DNA of 52,256 bases. It comes from Verrucomicrobiales bacterium (GTDB lineage Bacteria > Verrucomicrobiota > Verrucomicrobiia > Limisphaerales > F1-80-MAGS106). Positions within the stretch are counted from its first letter, which is position 1; each line of letters begins with the position of its first letter. Positions 9,900 through 20,413 of this stretch are shown here, piece after piece. Under the pieces are notes generated by a model, which was given only the letters and a program-made list of their open reading frames with translations, did not search any database and had not been told where the DNA came from. The stretch spans positions 1 through 52,256 of the forward strand of contig SYMW01000008.1 in assembly GCA_005805305.1 (NCBI GenBank), read 5' to 3'. The position numbers and the translations under genes were made by a program.

Positions 9900-10868
9900 A
9901 TGATTCCTGATATTACTTCGCCTCCCGCGGTTGGCACGGTGGTCCGTCCGGTGACTTTCGTGGAGGCACCGCGTTTGGGCCGGCGTTTGGGAGTGGAACT
10001 CACGATCGCGAGCGAGACGTTTCAGCACACGGGAAGCTTCAAATTCCGCGCGGCTTATCATCTCGCGTCTCAGGTCCCCCAGCGACTCTTCATCACTGCT
10101 TCGTCGGGAAACTTTGGCCAGGGATTGGCTCGCGCCTGCCAAATGTTAGGGAAGAATTGTATCGTCGTCATGCCTGACACATCGGCCGATATCAAGATCG
10201 ATGCAGTCCGGGAGTTCGGCGGCCAGGTGGAGTTGATCGACGTGACGCAAACTTCACGCGCGGCTCGAGTGAGTGAATTGGCGACGATCCACAGCGGCGC
10301 CTACGTCGCCAGCCCGTATGACGACGCCCTGGTTATCGAAGGAAATGCCACCCTGGGTTTGGAACTGGCGGCTTCGGGCAGATCCTTCGACGCCGTCCTC
10401 GCGCCCATTGGAGGCGGCGGCTTGGCATCGGGCATCATACAAGGTCTCCGCGCCGGCGGCAGCCAGGCACAAGTTCATGGAGCCGAACCGGCGTCGGCCA
10501 ACGACGCCGCGCGCTCTCTACGTTCCGGCCGCCTTGAATCGAATGAAACGGAACCGGCCACCATCGCCGATGGTGTCCGGACACTGAGCCTCGGCCGGCT
10601 GAACTGGATGATTCTCAGGGATAGCCTGAGGGGCATCGTTGAAGTCACCGAGGATCAGATCAAGGAATCAGTGCGCCTCTTGTTTTCGCTGGCCAACCTG
10701 AAAGTGGAGCCTACCGGCGCCCTGAGCTTGGCCGCCATTCTCGCCTCCCCGGATGCTTTTCGTGGGCAATCCGTTTGCTGCATTGCCAGCGGCGGCAATG
10801 TAGACCAGGCAGTCTTTCGCGACGTGCTCGCTGGCAAGATTCAGGATTCGAAATCCGCTCCGTCCTAG
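9900..10868 (+). CDS. PLP-dependent threonine/serine dehydratase (serine racemase-like)
   Basis: TGSFKFR PLP lysine, SSGN, PIGGGGL, TIADG, EPTGA and SGGN motifs. Confidence 0.9.
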   Translation: MIPDITSPPAVGTVVRPVTFVEAPRLGRRLGVELTIASETFQHTGSFKFRAAYHLASQVPQRLFITASSGNFGQGLARACQMLGKNCIVVMPDTSADIKIDAVREFGGQVELIDVTQTSRAARVSELATIHSGAYVASPYDDALVIEGNATLGLELAASGRSFDAVLAPIGGGGLASGIIQGLRAGGSQAQVHGAEPASANDAARSLRSGRLESNETEPATIADGVRTLSLGRLNWMILRDSLRGIVEVTEDQIKESVRLLFSLANLKVEPTGALSLAAILASPDAFRGQSVCCIASGGNVDQAVFRDVLAGKIQDSKSAPS

Positions 10869-10964
10869 GGTCCTTGGTAATTCTAGAAGAAGACTGCAAC
10901 AAATGCTATGAGAACTGGCTTCTTTGCTGGATGGACCAATGTAAACCTGGCAAACCCCCAACCT

Positions 10965-11900
10965 ATGAAAACGCGCTTCCGACTCCTCCCCACACTCTCC
11001 ATGATCGCCCTCCTGGTCTTCATCACCGGAGGTCGAACACAAGCCGCCAATGCCGAAAGGCGCGAGCACAAAGAACTCCCCGTCGCCAAAGCAGGCACCC
11101 TGACATTCAAGGCCATGGTCGGTTCGATCGAAATCAGAACCGCCAATCAGGAGCAAGTAACCTTCGACTCGGTTATCAAACGTGGAGGATGGGGGCTCAG
11201 CCTTCCGAGCGATTTGATCGAGTTGGTTGAGTTCCATTACGAAACCTCCGGAGCGGATGCAAAAATCGAGGTGAAGTGGAAAGCCAACCGAGGTCCTCGA
11301 TTCTCAAACTTGAACGTCCGGCACACACTGATCGTCCCGACCCATTACAATGTTGATGTCAGCACCGCGGGAGGCAGCATCCAATCGGACAACATCGGCG
11401 GCAACGTCGTAGCGGCCACATCGGGTGGGCGAATTCAACTGTCGAAAGTCGGCGGCCAAGTGAAAGCTCGGACCAGCGGTGGCAGCATCGCCTTGGAGAA
11501 GGCTCTCGGGGACGCCGACTTGAGAACCTCAGGTGGCAGCATCAAAGTGGGACTGGTCGATGGCCGCGTGAATGCTTCAACTTCTGGCGGCAGCATCTCC
11601 GTGGAAGGCGCCAAGGGGAATCTGCGCGCAAGAACTTCTGGAGGCTCCGTCAGCGCGTCGGTTGCCAGTCAAATCAATTCCCCTCTCGAACTCAGCACGT
11701 CAGGGGGAAGCATCCGCCTGACGGTGCCCTCGGATTTCCGAGCTGATTTGGACGCCAGCACTTCCGGAGGCGGCGTGTCCTGCGACCTGCCGGTCGATGG
11801 CTCTGTGAAACGAAACTTCATTCGCGGCAAGCTCAACGGCGGCGGGCCCCAAGTCACGCTCAGAACATCGGGAGGGAGTGTCCGGGTTTCGACACACTGA
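10965..11900 (+). CDS. DUF4097 / adhesin-like beta-strand repeat protein, secreted
   Basis: Signal peptide, many TSGGS(I/V) repeats, C-terminal GKLNGGGP. Confidence 0.85.
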   Translation: MKTRFRLLPTLSMIALLVFITGGRTQAANAERREHKELPVAKAGTLTFKAMVGSIEIRTANQEQVTFDSVIKRGGWGLSLPSDLIELVEFHYETSGADAKIEVKWKANRGPRFSNLNVRHTLIVPTHYNVDVSTAGGSIQSDNIGGNVVAATSGGRIQLSKVGGQVKARTSGGSIALEKALGDADLRTSGGSIKVGLVDGRVNASTSGGSISVEGAKGNLRARTSGGSVSASVASQINSPLELSTSGGSIRLTVPSDFRADLDASTSGGGVSCDLPVDGSVKRNFIRGKLNGGGPQVTLRTSGGSVRVSTH

Positions 11901-12315
11901 AGGATGCTTGCTTCGGGCGTTGCTTCCATCCGCCAGGGAACTTCATCGGTCCGCCAGACTCTTCGATTTCTCGCTATTTCAGCGGAGTGAAGTTATTGCC
12001 GAGAGCCAATGGCGGACGCCTGGCTGCCGTGCTCGCTGCTGCATTGTCCCGATTCTAATCCAGAACTTCGAAACTCCGAAAACCTTCGAACGATGAACCT
12101 TCCCATTGTTGTCCTTCAGAGTTAGCATTGATCAACTTACAGACAATGAACGGGAACGAGCGTTTTTTGGTTTACTTGACGGCGAAAGTCTTACCCCATC
12201 CGAATCGGGTGCCATCCGGCTCCGGGCGCCGCGCAACCAACCGCCGTTGCCCGCCCATTCTCAGGTTTTGCTTCTGTTTGTTCAGGCATCTGCGCACTCC
12301 AGTATCAATACTCCT

Positions 12316-14076
12316 ATGCATTGGCTCTCACTTCTTTGTGTCTTGCTTCTTGTGGCGGCCTGCCCACAGGCCGTGAACGCCGCTCTGTCCGAAGGGCTTG
12401 TGGGCCACTGGAAGCTGCAAGGCGATTGCCGCGATCACTCCGGCAACGGAAACCACGGCGTCAATCATGGCGTCGGCTTGGGTAATGGCCAGCACGGGGT
12501 GTTCGATGGTCAGAGAGCGTTTATTGAAGTGCCCGCGAGCAACTCTCTGCAACTCGGAACCGGCAACTTCTCCTTCAGCGTGTGGATTCATACGGAGGCT
12601 CAAGTAGACGATGCCATCGGGGATGTGCTCGACTGTTACGACCCTTCCATCCGCAGGGGAATCACCCTCTCCGTCAACTCAAGCGCCAGTGGCTATCAAT
12701 CCCAGGGAACCGATCGACATGTCTACTTTGGCATCGACAATGCGAAGTTGGGCGAATGGGAGGACTGCGGTCGCCCGAGTCCCACGAGCCCCTATGTGTT
12801 CAACTCGATGGTGGTCTTCAAAGGGCGCCTTTATGCCGCCACGAGCGAAGGAGCCACGGAGGCCGACTGGCGCCATGTCTACCGCTATGAAGGTGGAAAA
12901 AGGTGGATGGACTGCGGACGCGTCGGCGACCGACGCAACACGGGAGTCGGGCCACTCGTCGTCCACCAGGGCGCGTTGCACGCGGTGACCACCACGTATG
13001 ACTGGACTCGAGTGCGGGAGGACGGTTTCGACCCAGGCCGGGTGTATCGTTATGCAGGCGGGACGAATTGGGTCGACCTAGGCGCACCCAGCGCCGCCAA
13101 CCGGACCCTCAACTGCGCCGCGAGTTTTATGGGCAAACTCTACGTTGGTGGCGGTCCAAAATCGTGGGGCGTCTCGGCGATTCAGGACGACGGCTCATGG
13201 AAGGAATCCATTCAGTTTCCCATGAAAGGCTCCAGAAAATGTTTTCCGCACACGATGTCCCGGCACAACGGCCGGCTCTTCGTCGGTTGGCCGAGCGTGT
13301 ATTCATTCGATGGCAGGGAGTGGCGTTATGCCGGGGTGCCCAGCGAGCCCGAGAGCACCTTGCAGACTCATAGTTTGGCGATTTTCCAAGGCCACCTCAT
13401 CGCGGGCACGTGGCCGCTCGCAAAAGTAGCGAGGCACCTCGGAGAAGAAAAATGGGAGGAGCTGGGGCGTGTCGGAGAAGACGGCACGGAGGTCAATTCG
13501 TTGCTGGTCTACAACGGAGCCCTTTACGGCGGCTCCATCCCGCGCGCGGAAATCTGCCGCTACGATGGAAAAACTCAATGGACATCGTTGCGCCGGTTCC
13601 ATTCCCCCGCGGGCTGGACCCCTGTGCCGCCCACAGAAAATGGCGGCAATCCAACGAGGGAACAGGTTGCGGAATGGAGCCGGGTGACCAGCTTGACCGT
13701 GCATCGCGGACGCCTCTTCGCCAGCATCGGCAATTGCACCAGCTCCAGCAAGGATTCCCCCGCCGACATCCGAGGCACAGTCCACAGCCTGGAGGCAGGC
13801 AAATGTGTTTCCTACGACGAGGAATTGGCGCCGGGCTGGCGTCACCTGACCGCCGTGCGCCACGCGAATCGCCTGCGACTGTACGTGGACGGCCAACTCG
13901 CCGCCGAGTCCTCCGCCTTCAATCCTGCTGAATTCGACCTAACCACGCGGCGCCCCTTGCGGCTCGGGTTTGGCCAGACAGATTATTTCAACGGGAAGAT
14001 GAGTGACATGCGCGCCTACAACCGGGCGCTCACCAATGAAGAAATCCGCTCCCTGGCGGACGCCAAACCCCTGTGA
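12316..14076 (+). CDS. Secreted LamG-like jelly-roll protein with an inserted beta-propeller
   Basis: Signal peptide. LamG N-half (GLVGHWKL..DHSGNGNHG..FDG) and C-half (WRHLTAVR..LYVDG..YNRAL) flank repeats of the GRLY/RYEGG type. Confidence 0.75.
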   Translation: MHWLSLLCVLLLVAACPQAVNAALSEGLVGHWKLQGDCRDHSGNGNHGVNHGVGLGNGQHGVFDGQRAFIEVPASNSLQLGTGNFSFSVWIHTEAQVDDAIGDVLDCYDPSIRRGITLSVNSSASGYQSQGTDRHVYFGIDNAKLGEWEDCGRPSPTSPYVFNSMVVFKGRLYAATSEGATEADWRHVYRYEGGKRWMDCGRVGDRRNTGVGPLVVHQGALHAVTTTYDWTRVREDGFDPGRVYRYAGGTNWVDLGAPSAANRTLNCAASFMGKLYVGGGPKSWGVSAIQDDGSWKESIQFPMKGSRKCFPHTMSRHNGRLFVGWPSVYSFDGREWRYAGVPSEPESTLQTHSLAIFQGHLIAGTWPLAKVARHLGEEKWEELGRVGEDGTEVNSLLVYNGALYGGSIPRAEICRYDGKTQWTSLRRFHSPAGWTPVPPTENGGNPTREQVAEWSRVTSLTVHRGRLFASIGNCTSSSKDSPADIRGTVHSLEAGKCVSYDEELAPGWRHLTAVRHANRLRLYVDGQLAAESSAFNPAEFDLTTRRPLRLGFGQTDYFNGKMSDMRAYNRALTNEEIRSLADAKPL

Positions 14077-15146
14077 ACCACCCAGTCGAACCACCCAACC
14101 GTCGCCAATTACATCCACTCTGCACCAGGCTGTGCGCCGTGGCGTTTCTGATGGCGGCCTGGTTCCCGGAGCCGCTCCCGCTCCGCGCGGCGGATCCCCT
14201 GCCATCCGGTCCGGGACTCGCCGCGAAATATCCCGGAGACGCGGGGATCGAGAAGGATCCTCGCGTGCTGCTGGTGGAGAGGTTTGAACAACCGGACATC
14301 GCGACCCTGGCCGCGCAGTGGGAGACCGTAAGCGCCAGGGGCGACATGCGATTCGATCGTGACGTGCCCCCCGGCAGTTCGGGAAAACAATCCCTGATCA
14401 TGCATCGGCAATCCGGGCCGGGCGGCTCTCTTTATCGCCGATTGAAGAACGTGAAAGGCGGCTATGGCCACGACCGCGTGTTTGCCCGCTACCACGTGAA
14501 GTTCTCTGAAGAAAGCGGCGAGTTGCATCATTTCGGAACCTGCCTCGGCGGAAACTTCCCGGCAACTCCTTGGCCGAGCGTCAAGGCGGGCATCCGCAAC
14601 GACGGCGGAAAATCGTTTTGGTCGGGCATCGAGCCGTTCGGCAAGTCGTGGACCTGGGATTTCTACACCTACTGGTGCGAGATGCGTGGAAGCCCGCCGC
14701 GAGGCCAAACGTGGGGCAACAGTTTTATTCGTGACCCGGATCTCTCGGTGGCGCGCGGGCGCTGGATTTGCATCGAACACATGATCCGCATGAACGACCT
14801 CGGGGATTCGAACGGAGAGCAGGCTTTGTGGCTCGATGGCAAGCTCATCACACATCTCGGCAAGGGCTTCCCCAGAGGGCGCTGGACTTTTGATAAATTC
14901 GAGCCAGGCAAGAGCGGCGATGGAGTCCGCTGGAACGACGCGAAAAACGATCGCGAGCATTTCAAAGTGCCTGAGGGTGGCGCGCCGTTCGAGGGCTACC
15001 GATGGCGCACGGTCCCCGAGCTGAATGTGAACTTTGTTTGGCTGTACGTGTACACCCAAAAGGAACCGGGCCACCGCATCCAGGTCGGGTATGATGACGT
15101 CGTCATCGCCACCGATTACATTGGGCCGCTCGCGGCCAAACCTTGA
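14073..15146 (+). CDS. Secreted hypothetical protein, possibly a polysaccharide-lyase-like beta-sandwich
   Basis: GTGA overlap with the upstream gene, signal peptide, RGRWICIE and WLDG motifs, C-terminal DDVVIATDYIGP. Confidence 0.6.
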   Translation: MNHPVEPPNRRQLHPLCTRLCAVAFLMAAWFPEPLPLRAADPLPSGPGLAAKYPGDAGIEKDPRVLLVERFEQPDIATLAAQWETVSARGDMRFDRDVPPGSSGKQSLIMHRQSGPGGSLYRRLKNVKGGYGHDRVFARYHVKFSEESGELHHFGTCLGGNFPATPWPSVKAGIRNDGGKSFWSGIEPFGKSWTWDFYTYWCEMRGSPPRGQTWGNSFIRDPDLSVARGRWICIEHMIRMNDLGDSNGEQALWLDGKLITHLGKGFPRGRWTFDKFEPGKSGDGVRWNDAKNDREHFKVPEGGAPFEGYRWRTVPELNVNFVWLYVYTQKEPGHRIQVGYDDVVIATDYIGPLAAKP

Positions 15147-15166
15147 ACCTCGTCGACATCCACTCC

Positions 15167-16444
15167 ATGAACCGCCGCGCTTTTCTTTCAACGGCCACCC
15201 TTGGTTCCGCAGCCGCGCTGCCACTCGCCTCGCAGAACTACTCGGACTACACCAACGATCCGCGGCCCGATGTCGCGGAGGGAACTTATACGGCGGGCGC
15301 GACCCAGGGGCCGGTCTTCGCCGGCAATCCGGTCGTGGCGGGGCCATCGCCGGATGCCACCTCAGTTCTGCAACCGCTCCAGCGCGATGCGACGGGCTGG
15401 CTTGAATTCGCCGTGGAAGACGATCCTTGGAGGCGCGTGGACGCGGGGGAGGCCGGCTTGCTGCCTTTCAACAAGCATGTGCTGAAATTTCAACTGCCGC
15501 CACTGCCTCGTGGAAAGATCGTGCGCTACCGATTGACCGCGCGAACCGCAGGCTGGATCAAAGTGAAGCAATTCTATCATGGCGAACTGAAAGTAGGCGA
15601 GCCGCAGGCGAGTCCCGAATACTCCTTCCGCACTCTGGACCCCGCCGCCTCTTCGACGACTTTCGTTGTTTGGAATGACACCCACGAAAACCCGGAGACG
15701 CTTCGGGCCCTGAACGAGCAGACGGCCGCGGTGAAGCCGGATTTCCTGCTTTGGAACGGAGACCAATCAAACGATGCCCACTTCGAGAAAGACATGGCCG
15801 GCCAGTTCCTCATGCCCGCGGGACTGGCCATTGCGGATCGCTGGCCCTTGGCGTACGTGCGGGGAAACCACGATGTGCGGGGCCCTGCGGCTCGCAGCCT
15901 CCCCGAGTTCACCGGCACGCCGGGCAATCGATTTTACTACGGATTTCGCAGCGGTCCCCTCGCCGCGCTGGTCATGGACACGGGCGAGGACAAGCCCGAT
16001 GATAGCCCCTACTTTGGAGGAATGGCCGCGTTTCAGCAAATGCAGCGGATTCAGTCAGAATGGCTGAAGCAGATCGTGAAGGAGTCATGGTTTCGGGACG
16101 CGCCTCACAAGGTGCTGTTCTGCCACATCCCGCTTTGGTTTACCCGGGACATTTTTCCAACCCAAAGGAGGTGGGAATGCCACTCCTATTGCCGGGATCT
16201 CTGGCTTGAAACGCTCGTCAATGCCGGAGTGAAACTGGTGGTCTCCGGCCACACTCACACGCACCGATGGATGCCTGCGAAGGATGGCCAACCCATCGCC
16301 CAGCTCATCGGCGGCGGGCCTGAACCGGATGCTGCAACGATTATTCAAGGCACCGCCACAGCCCAAGAACTCAAGTTCAAGATGGGCAAACTGAACGGCA
16401 TCGTGCTGGCCGAAACGACACTCAAATCAAACCGCGCGCTCTGA
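15167..16444 (+). CDS. Tat-exported metallophosphoesterase (purple acid phosphatase-like)
   Basis: NRRAFL Tat motif, plus DTH, GD, GNHD and GHTH metal motifs. Confidence 0.85.
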   Translation: MNRRAFLSTATLGSAAALPLASQNYSDYTNDPRPDVAEGTYTAGATQGPVFAGNPVVAGPSPDATSVLQPLQRDATGWLEFAVEDDPWRRVDAGEAGLLPFNKHVLKFQLPPLPRGKIVRYRLTARTAGWIKVKQFYHGELKVGEPQASPEYSFRTLDPAASSTTFVVWNDTHENPETLRALNEQTAAVKPDFLLWNGDQSNDAHFEKDMAGQFLMPAGLAIADRWPLAYVRGNHDVRGPAARSLPEFTGTPGNRFYYGFRSGPLAALVMDTGEDKPDDSPYFGGMAAFQQMQRIQSEWLKQIVKESWFRDAPHKVLFCHIPLWFTRDIFPTQRRWECHSYCRDLWLETLVNAGVKLVVSGHTHTHRWMPAKDGQPIAQLIGGGPEPDAATIIQGTATAQELKFKMGKLNGIVLAETTLKSNRAL

Positions 16445-16498
16445 CTGTGCTGTCCGTGGCCGGGAGGGCCTTGCACCGCCCGCAACCGAGCGGACATC

Positions 16499-17233
16499 TC
16501 ACGGGGAGAGGAGGTAATACCAATCGATCCTGTTGTTCACCCCCGCCGCCATGACTTTCCAGGGCGTCATCGTAACGTGCCCGTCCGCCCATGAGTAGTT
16601 CCCGCCTTTTCCGTGGCGCACATAAGGTCCAATGGGCACTGAAGGAGGGTAAAGGTAACCGTACTGCCACCACGAACGCCCCGTCGCAGGATCGAGGCCA
16701 TCGCCATTCATGCACGTGTCCACGGGTTTTCCCACCGCGCTCAACTTCTTGCGATCCGCCGCGGTGTATCCCATGTAAGCATAGTTGTGGCCGTAGCCGC
16801 CATAGCCCTGATAGCCAGGAACGGAGGCGGGAATCACGTTTGTGCCAATTTTGGCGGAGGGACAGACAACCACCTTCTCCTTGGCCACGAGATTCGTGAA
16901 ATCGGTGCTCACAGTGGCGATATAAGGAGTGATTTCCAGAAACCAGCGGCTCGGCGCCACCCAACCCGAGCCCACAGGGACTTCCGTTCCCGCGACGGGC
17001 AGAAAGTCCGTCTGATCTCCCGCGTAGAGGAAATAACACATCGCTATCTGCTTCTCGTTGCTGGCGCATCGGATCGCCTTGGCCTTTCCTTTTGCCTTGG
17101 CCAGCGACGGCAATAACATGCCGGCAAGTATCGCGATAATCGCGACCACCACGAGCAGCTCGATCAGCGTGAACCCAAGCCCCGGAGGCTTCCCCGGCAT
17201 GTGGAATTCTGGACGAAGCAACCCGGATCTCAT
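16499..17233 (-). CDS. Prepilin-type N-terminal cleavage/methylation protein with C-terminal H-X9-DG motif (DUF1559-like)
   Basis: G|[24 protein letters not shown] and RHGKGGNYSWADGH. Start may be 17200. Confidence 0.9.
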   Translation of the reverse strand: MRSGLLRPEFHMPGKPPGLGFTLIELLVVVAIIAILAGMLLPSLAKAKGKAKAIRCASNEKQIAMCYFLYAGDQTDFLPVAGTEVPVGSGWVAPSRWFLEITPYIATVSTDFTNLVAKEKVVVCPSAKIGTNVIPASVPGYQGYGGYGHNYAYMGYTAADRKKLSAVGKPVDTCMNGDGLDPATGRSWWQYGYLYPPSVPIGPYVRHGKGGNYSWADGHVTMTPWKVMAAGVNNRIDWYYLLSP

Positions 17234-17330
17234 TGGACCTGCTTATCAAAAGGATCTCCATGAGTCAAATCCCGTGGCGCTCTTCGAACGAAACCCACTG
17301 CGTCGTCGGAGCGACAACGCGAAAGCCCAG

Positions 17331-19043
17331 CTATGGTTTCTCCCGGATCAGCCGAAGAGCGCTTGCGTCAAACCAGAGATCGGCGGAATCAACGTTGATC
17401 GAACAAACAATCTCAATCTCTTCCGGCGCCCTAGACTCCAAAACTCGAAACGAATGAGCGATGGGCCCGCCGTGGAATGTTTGCCGCACCAAGCCGAATC
17501 GATCGCTGGAATATCGCAACAAAGCCGCGGGAACGAATTGAATGGCTTCTCCCGCATCCGTGGTCCTGATGGAACCTGTCAAGCGGTAGGCGCCGCGCGG
17601 CAATGCGATCTTGGCGCGTATCGAGACCCGCATCGGCCTCTCGGACGCTCGCAAATGAAGCACTTTCTTTCCACCCCGATCCGCTTCCTCGAACGAGAAT
17701 CGGGGCTCCAGGACGTTCGAATTCGCTTTCCAGCCGTTGATACGAGCGGTGCCGCTTTCGTCGAAATCAGGGCACGGAACCACAGCGGTCACTTCCTCCA
17801 ACTTCGCAAATTGGGCGGAAAGATGGGCCGCTCGATCTGAAATCCGGCCGCAGAGGTTTTCGGCGTCTCGCGACCGCGGGCCGAACCCGGCAGTAAGGCT
17901 CGATGCGGGGCGGGCCGCAGCTACGTTTCCTTTCACGCGGGAAATCCTGGCGTCGATTTCACGGACTCTAAGGCAAAGAGCGTCCGGCAGGAAAAAATTC
18001 GTGAATAATGTGCCGACTCGCTCGATGTGCCGGCGGCGCCCTTCGCCGGTGGAGAGCACTGCCCGAGCCACCAGCCCGAGCAGTGGAGGCAGAATGGACA
18101 GATCCATCCCGCTGCGGTGGGCCCCGAGCACGCGATCCATTCCGTGGGGGATGAACACGATCTTGTCGCTGCCTGGATCGTGGTAAAGGCGGTAATTATT
18201 CCGATTCATCGAATAGCTGTCCGAGTGACAAAGAATCGTCTCCATCGCGACCATGGAAAGGAACCTGTCCATATCCAGTGAAGCTTCGAGTGCCCGCCAT
18301 CGTTCCTCAGCATCGGGCTCGCGCGAGGCTTGGAGCAACCGCTGCACGGCGGACTTGTTCGCCGGGTCCTTTCCTGTGGTCGCTTTGAGCGGACCTTCGA
18401 TGTCTTGCAGGATGCCGCCTTCGAACAGATTCCCATCCGCGTTCTTGAAATGTCGCTTGAGGAACGTCCTGTCGAAACCTTCCACGAGCACATAAAGCCC
18501 CAAATCACGACCATTCAAAGTGACCAACGCGTAATCCGCTCGCGGCACCGGCACGCCAGCCGCGGCAAACAGCTCACGCGAGAATTTCTCGTTGAGCCTC
18601 GTGGGGTCTTGGGCGGAATTGTTGAGCGACAGCTTGGACAATCCTCGAAATCTTTGCCCCGGCGCGGACTTATCGAAATTCAATGTCAAACTCGGCGACC
18701 GATCCACGGACTGAAACGATGTGAAACCCTTCAACTGCACCGTGACATTGGTGTAGAGGAGCCCGTTCTCGGTCACTTGGGCAAGAGCTGTGGGCTTCGC
18801 CTCGATGTTCCTCCGGGGAACCGACCACCGAAGAGACTGCATCCCCCGCTCGGATATTTGAATCGCGATCCTGGGAAGTTCGCCACTGCGAAACAGGTCG
18901 GCGTCCAGGGCCTCCACGCGATTCGAGGCAAGCGTCTCGGCTCCCAAGCATCGCATCAAAAAATCGCCCGCCACGGCGGCGGTCGCGAGTGATAGCCGGA
19001 CAAACCGCAGCCGCCTCTCCAGGTGGGCCCACTCAGACCGCAT
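17331..19043 (-). CDS. CotH kinase family protein
   Basis: QLKG, LSLNNSAQDP, GVPVPRA, LGLYVLVE, DSY..NRNNYRLY and IPHGMD motifs. ATG at 19043 overlaps the upstream gene end. Confidence 0.8.
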   Translation of the reverse strand: MRSEWAHLERRLRFVRLSLATAAVAGDFLMRCLGAETLASNRVEALDADLFRSGELPRIAIQISERGMQSLRWSVPRRNIEAKPTALAQVTENGLLYTNVTVQLKGFTSFQSVDRSPSLTLNFDKSAPGQRFRGLSKLSLNNSAQDPTRLNEKFSRELFAAAGVPVPRADYALVTLNGRDLGLYVLVEGFDRTFLKRHFKNADGNLFEGGILQDIEGPLKATTGKDPANKSAVQRLLQASREPDAEERWRALEASLDMDRFLSMVAMETILCHSDSYSMNRNNYRLYHDPGSDKIVFIPHGMDRVLGAHRSGMDLSILPPLLGLVARAVLSTGEGRRRHIERVGTLFTNFFLPDALCLRVREIDARISRVKGNVAAARPASSLTAGFGPRSRDAENLCGRISDRAAHLSAQFAKLEEVTAVVPCPDFDESGTARINGWKANSNVLEPRFSFEEADRGGKKVLHLRASERPMRVSIRAKIALPRGAYRLTGSIRTTDAGEAIQFVPAALLRYSSDRFGLVRQTFHGGPIAHSFRVLESRAPEEIEIVCSINVDSADLWFDASALRLIREKP

Positions 19044-20385
19044 AATGACGGTGTACTTTGCGGATCGCCCGGACCACGCCCCCGATGTATTCCTCGGACA
19101 TGCCCTCATGAACCGTGATCCGCACGCCCGTGGCGAGGATCGCCTCCGCCTCGGGAGTTTCCCATTTCGAATAATCCATGGTCGTGAGGCCAAGATCCTT
19201 GACAGGCCACCGGCCCGCGAAGAATCCGTGCTTTTGAAATACTGGATTGCGATGAAGGGTCGCCGCGATGTAGCCCGCGCCAGCTTCGACACCTTCCGCG
19301 GCCAGCGCCTTGGCGAACTCCGCCCGATCACACCTGAAAGCCTCGGGCCGTAATCGGAAGAAGTAAAACCAAAAACCACATCGATCCTCGGGATGCGTCT
19401 GGGGAGGCAGAATTCCCGCCAAGCCAGCGATGCCCTCGGTCAGCAGAGCGCCCAGCCGCGACCGCTTGACGACGATTCCCTCCAGCCGATCCAACTGGGC
19501 TCCCGCAATGGCCGCCTGCTCTTCCGTCATGCGGTAATTGGTGGCGAATGCTTCGAGCAATCCGCCCTTGACGCGGTCATAGCCCTTGTCTCCGAACCTC
19601 TGAAGCAGAGGCCCATAACGCTCGTCATTGGACGCCACCACGCCTCCGTCACCGCACGTGATGTGCTTCGCTTGCTGCAAGGACCAGCAAGCGATGTGGC
19701 CGAACACTCCAACGGGCTGGCCACGATGCCTCGATCCCCATGCCTGGGCAGCGTCCTCGATCAAGACGAGGCGATGCTTGTCGGCGATGGCTTTCAATGC
19801 TGTCAAGTCGCACGGGTTGCCGCAGAGATGAACCGCGATGATGGCCTTGGTTCGCGACGTGATGCGCCGTTCCACCTGGCCCGGGTCAAGATTGTAAGTG
19901 CTGCCTCCAAGATCCGCAAAAACCGGAACGCCTTGCTGGAACAAGACGCCTATCACGGTTCCGATGTCAGTGATGGGCGACGTGATGACTTCGTCCCCGG
20001 GACCGACGCCCGCCGCGGCCACGGCAATATGCAGTGCGGCGGTTCCCGAGGAGCAAGTCATCACATGTTTCAACGGAGTTGTCATCTGGAAGCGCTCGAT
20101 AAAGCGGGCCGTCTGAGGGCCTTTCCAATAGAAAAGGGAATCCTGCCCCAACAAAGCTTCCAAACGCTGCCGCTCGGGCTCGCCCCATCGCGGGCCCAGC
20201 TTCGCGGGTGGCTTGACGGACTTCTCCCCTCCGTGCAACGCAAGCTTGGACGACGACGCCTCCGCTGGCGCTGCTTCCCCGCGCGCCGCGAGCGCGGCGC
20301 TCGCCAGCGTGGAGGACGAAGCCACGATGAATTCCCGGCGCGACACAGTCTGCCCGGTTGCCGGTTGCCAAGGTTTCTTTTGCAT
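19033..20385 (-). CDS. DegT/DnrJ/EryC1/StrS family PLP aminotransferase with Tat signal
   Basis: SRREFI Tat motif, SSGTAALH, IEDAAQA, SLQQAKHITCGDGG (PLP Lys) and NYRM. Confidence 0.9.
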   Translation of the reverse strand: MQKKPWQPATGQTVSRREFIVASSSTLASAALAARGEAAPAEASSSKLALHGGEKSVKPPAKLGPRWGEPERQRLEALLGQDSLFYWKGPQTARFIERFQMTTPLKHVMTCSSGTAALHIAVAAAGVGPGDEVITSPITDIGTVIGVLFQQGVPVFADLGGSTYNLDPGQVERRITSRTKAIIAVHLCGNPCDLTALKAIADKHRLVLIEDAAQAWGSRHRGQPVGVFGHIACWSLQQAKHITCGDGGVVASNDERYGPLLQRFGDKGYDRVKGGLLEAFATNYRMTEEQAAIAGAQLDRLEGIVVKRSRLGALLTEGIAGLAGILPPQTHPEDRCGFWFYFFRLRPEAFRCDRAEFAKALAAEGVEAGAGYIAATLHRNPVFQKHGFFAGRWPVKDLGLTTMDYSKWETPEAEAILATGVRITVHEGMSEEYIGGVVRAIRKVHRHYAV

Positions 20386-20413
20386 CAGCGAAATGGTGTT
20401 TAGGCAAATGCCA

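Noticed and set aside
11360-11880. TSGGS repeats as a tandem DNA repeat locus
   Set aside because: Codons vary between units, so this is ordinary protein-level repetition of a DUF4097 beta-solenoid.
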